From: Candidatus Latescibacterota bacterium
GTDB lineage: Bacteria; Latescibacterota; UBA2968; GCA-2709665
Length of the DNA: 64,000 nucleotides
Assembly: GCA_963667175.2 (NCBI GenBank)
Contig: CAXXXF010000016.1
Span: forward strand, 384,001-448,000
Direction of reading: 5' to 3'
Positions within the stretch are counted from its first letter, which is position 1. Every line of letters starts with the position of its first letter. A program made the translations under genes and the position numbers. Under the pieces are notes generated by a model, which made no database searches, was not told the DNA's origin, and was given only the letters and a program-made list of their open reading frames with translations. Shown in pieces: positions 56,926-64,000 of this stretch.

Positions 56926-57990
56926 TTGTCCTATAAGATCGCAGTCATCCCCGGCGACGGCACCGGCCCGGAGGTTGTCGTCGAAGGCCTGAAATGCGTC
57001 ACAGCCATCGCGCAAAAGTGCGGTTTCGACTTTGAACCGGTTACCTTCGATTTCGGCGGCGATCGGTACCTGAGAACCGGCGAAACCCTGCCGGACTCGG
57101 CGATCGAGGAACTCCGGGGGTTCGACGCCATCTATCTGGGCGCGATCGGCCATCCGGACGTCCGGCCCGGGATCCTTGAGAAGGGCATTCTCCTGAGAAC
57201 CCGCTTTGAACTCGACCAGTACATCAATCTGCGTCCGGTCAAGCTGTATCCCAGCGTGGACTGCCCTCTTAAGGACAAGGGCCCCGAGGACGTCGATTTT
57301 GTCGTCGTGCGCGAAAATACCGAGGGCCTCTATTCCGGCGCGGGCGGATTCCTGAAGAAGGGCACCCCCGACGAGGTCGCCGTCCAGGAGTCCGTCAATA
57401 CCCGCAAGGGCGTCGAGCGCTGCCTGAGGTATGCCTTCGAATACACGCGCAGGCGCAAGCGGGAGAATACCCTTACCCTTTGCGGCAAGACCAACGTGCT
57501 GACCTTTGCCTTCGATCTCTGGGAGCGCGTGTTCAACGAAGTCGGAAGTGCCGAGTACCCCGATGTCAAGCGGGACTATGCTCACGTTGACGCGATTACG
57601 ATGTGGATGGTAAAAAACCCGGAGTGGTTCGACGTCATTGTCACCGACAACATGTTCGGCGACGTCATCACCGACCTGGGGGCGATGATTCAGGGCGGCA
57701 TGGGCGTCGCGGCCGGTGGAAACATCAACCCCAAGGGCGTCTCCATGTTCGAGCCCATCGGTGGCTCGGCGCCCAAATACACCGGTATGGGGGTCATCAA
57801 TCCCGTGGCCGGCATCGCCGCCGCGCAGATGATGCTCGACGTTCTGGGCGAAACCGACGGCGCCGCCATTCTGGAAAGCGCGATCATCCACGTCGTAGGC
57901 GCCAGACTCAAGGGGATGGGCGCCGGAGAGATGGGCTGCAACACCTCCGAAGTCGGCGACCTCATCGCTGACGCAGTCGCACGCGCATAG
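56926..57990 (+). CDS. leuB: 3-isopropylmalate dehydrogenase
   Basis: [27 protein letters not shown]. Confidence 0.93.
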   Translation: MSYKIAVIPGDGTGPEVVVEGLKCVTAIAQKCGFDFEPVTFDFGGDRYLRTGETLPDSAIEELRGFDAIYLGAIGHPDVRPGILEKGILLRTRFELDQYINLRPVKLYPSVDCPLKDKGPEDVDFVVVRENTEGLYSGAGGFLKKGTPDEVAVQESVNTRKGVERCLRYAFEYTRRRKRENTLTLCGKTNVLTFAFDLWERVFNEVGSAEYPDVKRDYAHVDAITMWMVKNPEWFDVIVTDNMFGDVITDLGAMIQGGMGVAAGGNINPKGVSMFEPIGGSAPKYTGMGVINPVAGIAAAQMMLDVLGETDGAAILESAIIHVVGARLKGMGAGEMGCNTSEVGDLIADAVARA

Positions 57991-58175
57991 CTGGGGAATC
58001 CCGGAGATAGCGCACGTGAGATCACGGGAAGGGAAGTGGAATCAGCCGGGCGGCCGCCGCCGCCCGGACCGCATTGGATCGGCGGACGATTGATTTCGAG
58101 GACGCGACCCCCGGCCGACCGGGCGCGCCTGTTCGAGACCCGCCAATCTCCAATCCAATGCATAGGGAGCTATTC

Positions 58176-59783
58176 ATGTCCAACCACGTACAGATATACG
58201 ATTCCACCCTGAGGGACGGCGCACAGGCCGAAGGCATCGCGTTTTCGCTGGATGACAAGCTGATGATCGCGCAGCGCCTCGACGAACTCGGTGTTCACTA
58301 CATCGAGGGCGGGTGGCCGAATCCCACCAATCCCAAAGACCTTGAATTCTTCGATCGCATCAGCGAACTCCCGCTCGAGAACGCGAAGGTTGCCGCCTTC
58401 GGCAGCACCCGCCGGGCGAACAAGCACCCGGAGGACGACGCCATTCTCAACACCCTGCTCCAGGCGGGCACGAACGTGGTCACCCTCTTCGGCAAGTCCT
58501 GGGAACTGCACGTCACCCACGTCCTCCGCACCACTCGCGACGAAAACCTGAAACTCATCCGGGACTCCGTCGCGTACATCGGATCGAACGGGCGTGAGGT
58601 CGTCTACGACGCGGAACACTTCTTCGACGGGTACAAGGCCGACCCGCACTACGCCGTCGCCACGCTGCTGGCCGCGCAGGACGGCGGCGCCCGCATTCTC
58701 GTCCTTTGCGACACCAACGGCGGCACCCTGCCCACGGAACTGCAGGAAATCATCGAAGACGTAAAGCGAAAGATCAGCCTGCCGTTCGGGATCCACTCCC
58801 ACAACGACGCCGGCGTGGGGGTCGCCAACGCGCTTGTGGCCGTAGAAATGGGCGCGGCACAGGTACAGGGTACATTCAACGGATACGGTGAGCGCTGCGG
58901 CAACGCCAATCTCTGTTCCATCATTCCGAGTCTCGAACTGAAACTCGATAAAACCAGCATCGGCCCCGGAAAACTGGCGAAATTGATGGACTTCTCCCGT
59001 TTCCTGAGCGAAATCGCAAACGTCCATCACGACCACCGGCAGCCCTACGTGGGCGAGAGCGCGTTCGCGCACAAGGGCGGGGTTCACATCGACGCCATGG
59101 TCAAACAGCCGGCCACCTACGAACACTGCGATCCCGAGGAGGTCGGGAACGAGCGGCGCTTTCTCCTGTCCGAGCAGTCCGGAAGCGCCACCATCGCCGC
59201 CAAGTTGAATCACCTCATCCCCGGACTCGACAAAAAACATCCGGCGCTTCAGCGCATTCTTCGACAGATCAAGCAACTCGAAAACGAGGGCTACGTGTTC
59301 GAGGCCGCGGAGGCATCCTTCGAGATTCTGGCGCGCAAGGCGCTGGGCGCCATTTCCGACCCGTTCCGGTTAATCGGATTCCGCACCATCAACCGCAAAT
59401 CCGCGGAAGCGACGGAAGTCGAAGCGATCGTCAAAGTCGAGGTGGAGGGTCGGACCTATCATACGGTTGCCGATGGAGACGGTCCGGTAAACGCGCTGGA
59501 CGCGGCGCTGCGGCAGGGCCTGGAGCAGGAGTACCCCATCCTCAAGGACGTCCACCTGGAAGACTACAAGGTCCGCGTCCTCTCCGCCCACGACGGCACC
59601 GCCGCAAAGGTACGGGTACTCATCGAGTCCTCGGACAGCCGGAGAATCTGGAATACGATCGGCGTGTCCGAAAATATCATAGAAGCCAGCTGGATCGCTC
59701 TGGTCGACAGCCTCACGTACAAGCTGCTGATGGAGGGCGTGCTTGCAAACAGCGAACCGATCCTGCATGAAGCGCTGGCGTGA
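58176..59783 (+). CDS. cimA: citramalate synthase
   Basis: DSTLRDGAQ.EG, YIEGGWP, DAEHFFDG, GERCGN, AHKGG.H. Confidence 0.92.
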   Translation: MSNHVQIYDSTLRDGAQAEGIAFSLDDKLMIAQRLDELGVHYIEGGWPNPTNPKDLEFFDRISELPLENAKVAAFGSTRRANKHPEDDAILNTLLQAGTNVVTLFGKSWELHVTHVLRTTRDENLKLIRDSVAYIGSNGREVVYDAEHFFDGYKADPHYAVATLLAAQDGGARILVLCDTNGGTLPTELQEIIEDVKRKISLPFGIHSHNDAGVGVANALVAVEMGAAQVQGTFNGYGERCGNANLCSIIPSLELKLDKTSIGPGKLAKLMDFSRFLSEIANVHHDHRQPYVGESAFAHKGGVHIDAMVKQPATYEHCDPEEVGNERRFLLSEQSGSATIAAKLNHLIPGLDKKHPALQRILRQIKQLENEGYVFEAAEASFEILARKALGAISDPFRLIGFRTINRKSAEATEVEAIVKVEVEGRTYHTVADGDGPVNALDAALRQGLEQEYPILKDVHLEDYKVRVLSAHDGTAAKVRVLIESSDSRRIWNTIGVSENIIEASWIALVDSLTYKLLMEGVLANSEPILHEALA

Positions 59784-59835
59784 GTCCCGCACCCGCCGGG
59801 CCTGACGGACGCGGTTCTTTTTTCCGATTGCGAAA

Positions 59836-61008
59836 ATGAAAATCACCTCCCGTAGAATCGAACGCCTTCCGCCATATGTGTTTGCCGAGGTCAACGCGCA
59901 CAAGATGCGCCTGCGCCGGCAGGGTGTGGATATCATCGACCTCGGGATGGGAAATCCGGACCAGCCCACGCCGGCGCACATTGTGGACAAACTCATCGAA
60001 GTCGCCGGTGATCCGAAAACCCACCGCTATGCCCCGTCACAGGGCATCGCCGCATTGCGCGCGGCCGTCTGCCGGCATTACAGACGGCGTTTCGGCGTCG
60101 AACTGGACCCCGACACGGAGGCCCTCGCGACCATCGGCTCCAAGGAGGGCCTCGCCCACATCTGCCTGGCGCTTCTGGATCCCGGCGATCTCGCGATTGT
60201 ACCCAACCCGGCGTACCCGCTGCATCTCTACGGCGTGGCCATTGCAAACGGCAATGTCCTGAGCCTTCCTCTCCGCCCGGAGAAAGAGTTCATCCCCGAA
60301 ATCCGGATGGTGGCGAGGGAGCTGTGGCCAAAACCGAAAATGATGATTTTCAACTTCCCGAACAACCCCACGACAGCGACGGTTGACGCTGCTTTTTTCG
60401 AAGAGATCGTGGATTTCGCCCGGCGTCAGGAAATCGTCATCATCCACGATATGGCGTATTCCGACATCGTCTTCGACGGCTACCGGGCGCCCAGCCTGCT
60501 CCAGATGAAAGGGGCAAAGGAGGTGGGCGTGGAATTCTACACCATGTCCAAGACGTACAACATGGCCGGCTGGCGGGTCGGTTTCTGTCTGGGCAATCCG
60601 GAAGTCATCGAAGCGCTGAAGACGATAAAACACTACTACGACTATGGTATCTTCACGCCCATCCAGGTCGCCGCAATCGCCGCCCTGGACGGTCCCCAGG
60701 ACTGCGTCGTTCAGGCCGCTGAGATCTACCGATCCAGGCGTGACGTACTGGTCGAGGGACTCAACCGGATCGGCTGGCCCGTTTTCAAACCCAAGGCGTC
60801 GATGTTCATCTGGACGCCGATTCCCGACAAATACCGCTACCTGGGCTCCATGAGGTTTGCCCTCAAGATGATGGAAGAAGCGGAGGTCGCCGTTTCTCCC
60901 GGGATCGGTTTCGGCGACATGGGCGAAGGTTACGTGCGGATTTCTCTCATTGAAAACGAGCACCGGATCCGTCAGGCCATCAGAAATATCAAGCGGGCAT
61001 TCTTCTGA
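59836..61008 (+). CDS. class I/II aminotransferase (AlaC / LL-DAP-type)
   Basis: LPPYVF, DLGMGNPD, NFPNNPT, SK.YNMAGWR. Confidence 0.88.
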   Translation: MKITSRRIERLPPYVFAEVNAHKMRLRRQGVDIIDLGMGNPDQPTPAHIVDKLIEVAGDPKTHRYAPSQGIAALRAAVCRHYRRRFGVELDPDTEALATIGSKEGLAHICLALLDPGDLAIVPNPAYPLHLYGVAIANGNVLSLPLRPEKEFIPEIRMVARELWPKPKMMIFNFPNNPTTATVDAAFFEEIVDFARRQEIVIIHDMAYSDIVFDGYRAPSLLQMKGAKEVGVEFYTMSKTYNMAGWRVGFCLGNPEVIEALKTIKHYYDYGIFTPIQVAAIAALDGPQDCVVQAAEIYRSRRDVLVEGLNRIGWPVFKPKASMFIWTPIPDKYRYLGSMRFALKMMEEAEVAVSPGIGFGDMGEGYVRISLIENEHRIRQAIRNIKRAFF

Positions 61009-61019
61009 GAGGATCGGCT

Positions 61020-62213
61020 GTGAACGTCACCGAAGGGAGTTGCATCTGCCCCGAAGGGTTCCGCGCCTCGGGTATCGCGTGCGGCCTGAAGCCGGAAGGC
61101 AGGGATATGGCCCTCATCGCGTCAGACAGACCGGCGGCGGCGGCGGGCGTGTTCACGACAAACCGGGTTCAGGCGGCCCCGATCCAGGTCAACCGGGAAC
61201 ACCTGACCGACAAAACGGCGCAGGCCATCGTCGTCAACAGCAAGAACGCCAATGCCTGCACGGGCGAGCGGGGGTTGGCCGATGCCCGGCTGACGGCGCG
61301 CGAGGTGGCGCGTGAGCTCGCCGTCGCGCCCGAAGACGTGCTGGTCAATTCGACGGGGGTGATCGGCGTGCCGCTTCCCATGGAGAACATCCGGGCGGGC
61401 ATCCCTGCGGCCGTCCGCGGCCTTCGCGAGAATGGTTGGGCGGACGCCGCTCTCGCGATCATGACCACCGATACGGCGCCGAAGCAGGCGTCCGCGGAAA
61501 TCCGGCTCGACGGGCGCGCCGTTGCCATCTCCGGAATCGCGAAGGGCGCCGGAATGATCGCGCCCGATATGGCCACAATGCTTGGCTTCGTCGTCACGGA
61601 CGCCGCTGTGCCTCCGGGACGCCTGGAGACGTGTCTCCGCGTGGCTGCAGACCGGTCTTTCAACTGCATAACGGTGGACGGCGACACAAGCACGAACGAC
61701 ACGGTGATCCTGATGGCCAACGGCGCCGCATGCGGACGCCCGATATCCGGCGGCGACGTCGAGACCTTTCAGGCCGGACTGAACGCCGTCTGCGGCAGCC
61801 TGGCCAGGCAGATCGCACGCGACGGCGAGGGCGCCACCAAGCTCATCACCATCCGGGTCGCCGGCGCCCCAACGAGTCAGGATGCCCGAAAAATCGGCCT
61901 GGCCGTCGGCAATTCCAACCTGGTCAAGACCGCCGTCTTCGGCAGAGACCCGAACTGGGGCCGGATCCTGTGCGCGGTCGGGTACGCCGGCGTTCCGGTC
62001 GAACCCGGCAGGATCTCCGTGTCGATGGCCGGCATCCCCATCTACGGCGAAGGAGGCGGGCTTCCTTTCGATGCCGGGGAGGCCATTCGCGCATTGTCGG
62101 CGGCTGACGTGGAAATCGAAATCGACCTCGGCCAGGGTGACGAAACCGCCACCGTCTACACCTGCGACCTTACATACGACTACGTCAGGATCAACGCCGA
62201 ATACACGACCTGA
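61020..62213 (+). CDS. argJ: bifunctional ornithine acetyltransferase
   Basis: STGVIG, MTTDT, KGAGMI.P.MATML, DGEGATK, DPNWGR. Confidence 0.96.
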   Translation: MNVTEGSCICPEGFRASGIACGLKPEGRDMALIASDRPAAAAGVFTTNRVQAAPIQVNREHLTDKTAQAIVVNSKNANACTGERGLADARLTAREVARELAVAPEDVLVNSTGVIGVPLPMENIRAGIPAAVRGLRENGWADAALAIMTTDTAPKQASAEIRLDGRAVAISGIAKGAGMIAPDMATMLGFVVTDAAVPPGRLETCLRVAADRSFNCITVDGDTSTNDTVILMANGAACGRPISGGDVETFQAGLNAVCGSLARQIARDGEGATKLITIRVAGAPTSQDARKIGLAVGNSNLVKTAVFGRDPNWGRILCAVGYAGVPVEPGRISVSMAGIPIYGEGGGLPFDAGEAIRALSAADVEIEIDLGQGDETATVYTCDLTYDYVRINAEYTT

Positions 62214-62314
62214 CGGGGCGCGGGTCTGGTGATTGAACTGGACCGCGGATCGGCTCCAACGCACGTGGAATGCGGTTCCCTCAATCCCACACGCCCCGTA
62301 GTCGATTCAAACCT

Positions 62315-63508
62315 ATGGATAAGACGGACTCACCGTTCGCCAGACGCGTTCTCGATATCGATGAATCGCTTACCGTCGCCACGTTTGCCCGAATGGGTGA
62401 ATTGAAGCGCAGGGACATGGATGTCATCGCCCTGGTCGCGGGCGAGCCCGACTTCGACACACCTCGGAACATCAAGGACGCGGGTATTCGGGCCATCGTC
62501 GACGGGCGTACCAAATATACGGCCCCCGCATCGGGTCTTCCCGAACTCAAACGAGCAATCGCGAGTAAACTCGAGAGAGAAAACAATCTGGACTACGACC
62601 CGTCGGAGATTGTTGTCACCTGCGGGGCCAAGCAGGTTATCTTCGACGCGGTTGTGGCGATGATCAACCCCGGCGACGAGGCCATCATTCCCGCTCCTTT
62701 CTGGGTCAGCTACGCTGACCAGGTCAGACTGATGGGCGGGCGGCCGGTCATTCTGAAGACAACCGAGGCCACGGGTTTCAGGCTTACCCCCGGGATGCTT
62801 GCGGACGCCATCACGGCGCGGTCCAAGTTCGTGCTCCTGAACAGTCCGTGCAATCCAACCGGCGAAGTGTACACGCCCGATGAACTGGGCGCCCTCGCCG
62901 ACGTCATCGTGAATGCCGGCATCTACGCGATCTCGGACGAGATCTATGAAAAAATCGTCTATAACGGCGCCGAGCACGTCTCGATCGCCGCCATTCATCC
63001 TGAGATCAAGCGAAGAACGCTGCTTGTCAATGGTTTCTCCAAAGCCTACGCGATGACCGGCTGGCGGGTGGGCTACGGCGCCGGTCCGCCCGACCTGATG
63101 AAACTGATCGCCAAAGTACAGAGCCAGGAAACCACCAACACGTGCACGATTTCCCAGTACGCGGCCATCGAGGCGCTTAACGGGCCTCAGGATAGTGTGG
63201 ACGCCATGCGAGCCGCATACCAGGAGCGCCGGAATCTGATCGTCGGCCTTTTGAACGGCCTGCCGGGGGTCTCGTGCCTCCTTCCGGGCGGCGCCTTCTA
63301 CGCCTTTCCGAACGTGTCCGCCCTGTACGGCGAACGGATCAGGAACGACGTCCAACTCGCCGATTACCTCCTTGAAACAGCCGGGACGGGCTGCGTACCG
63401 GGCAGTGGCTTCGGTTCCGGCGACCACCTGCGCTTTTCCTATGCCGCGTCTTTAGCGGATATTCGGGAGGCCATGGACCGAATCGAAACCGCCATCAGGC
63501 GGATCTAG
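62315..63508 (+). CDS. aspC: aspartate aminotransferase family protein
   Basis: GEPDFDTP, NSPCNPTG, SDEIY, SKAYAMTGWR. Confidence 0.85.
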   Translation: MDKTDSPFARRVLDIDESLTVATFARMGELKRRDMDVIALVAGEPDFDTPRNIKDAGIRAIVDGRTKYTAPASGLPELKRAIASKLERENNLDYDPSEIVVTCGAKQVIFDAVVAMINPGDEAIIPAPFWVSYADQVRLMGGRPVILKTTEATGFRLTPGMLADAITARSKFVLLNSPCNPTGEVYTPDELGALADVIVNAGIYAISDEIYEKIVYNGAEHVSIAAIHPEIKRRTLLVNGFSKAYAMTGWRVGYGAGPPDLMKLIAKVQSQETTNTCTISQYAAIEALNGPQDSVDAMRAAYQERRNLIVGLLNGLPGVSCLLPGGAFYAFPNVSALYGERIRNDVQLADYLLETAGTGCVPGSGFGSGDHLRFSYAASLADIREAMDRIETAIRRI

Positions 63509-63536
63509 CAGTCCGTATCCCGTCGAAAAGGACATC

Positions 63537-64000
63537 ATGACCATGACGGACAAGAAGAGAATCTATCTGGATTTCGAGCGCCCCATTGCCGAACTGGATG
63601 AGAAGATCGAGGACCTGAAGAACCGCGCCGAGACCGAAGAGCTCGACATGACTGCCGAGTTGACCACTCTGGAAAAACGGCTGCAGAAACTGGAAAAGGA
63701 AGTCTACTCGGACATGAGCCGGTGGCAGATATACCAGGTGGCGGGGCACCCCCAGCGCCCCCATACGCTGGATTTCATACGATTGATGCTCACCGATTTT
63801 ACGGAGCTTCGCGGCGACCGGACCTTCAAAGACGATCCCGCTCTTGTGAGCGGCTTCGCCCGGCTGGAAGGACAACCCCTCCTGGTCCTTGGAACGCAGA
63901 AAGGACGCAATACAAAGGAAAATATCCTCAGGAACTTTGGCATGGCCCACCCCGAAGGATATCGAAAGGCGCTTCGCGTCATGAAACTCGCCGCCAAATT
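63537..64000 (+). CDS. accA: acetyl-CoA carboxylase carboxyltransferase alpha subunit (3' truncated by window)
   Basis: YLDFERPI, H.QRP.TLD.I, EL.GDR...DD.A, RNFGM.HPEGYRKA.R.M. Confidence 0.93.
   Translation, partial: MTMTDKKRIYLDFERPIAELDEKIEDLKNRAETEELDMTAELTTLEKRLQKLEKEVYSDMSRWQIYQVAGHPQRPHTLDFIRLMLTDFTELRGDRTFKDDPALVSGFARLEGQPLLVLGTQKGRNTKENILRNFGMAHPEGYRKALRVMKLAAK

Noticed and set aside
45922-63427. Long antisense ORFs (e.g. 45922-47328, 49661-51124, 53165-54844, 54947-56560, 61122-62264)
   Set aside because: Shadow frames of well-supported genes in GC-rich DNA, with no motifs.

Overview
GC-rich bacterial chromosome segment; lineage cannot be fixed from sequence alone. (1) Core genes ispG (3' part), dnaG and tRNA-Ile(CAU), 1-3000. 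(2) A ~32 kb, more AT-rich defence island, ~3050-35450, with essentially all intact genes on the minus strand. It is built around a type III-like R-M pair (res 31436-34516, mod 25581-28379) and a UvrD-like helicase. Its cargo includes a PHP-ATPase, two AlbA/Schlafen-HATPase paralogues, an RT-nitrilase (DRT1/UG1-like), a TIGR04255 three-gene operon, an AAA ATPase + DUF4276 pair, a soluble GT51 transglycosylase + nucleotidyltransferase pair, a GmrSD-like protein and a PD-(D/E)XK nuclease. It also holds TA relics, a decayed IS1380, two MITEs and an ORF-less group II intron. The most striking feature is that cargo units are punctuated by diverged copies of the mod 3' end (four relics), the res 3' end and the uvrD 5' end, suggesting integrase-free, homology-driven tandem accretion of defence cassettes. 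(3) Backbone, 35800-64000: serpin, ankyrin lipoprotein, HU/IHF, a pyrimidine 5'-nucleotidase-like HAD, an ECF sigma factor fused to beta-clamp-like domains, a transglutaminase-like protein, a GldAFG-like ABC system, and ilvN-leuACDB-cimA-aminotransferase-argJ-aspC-accA. All family calls come from motif recognition by eye; no database searches were run.
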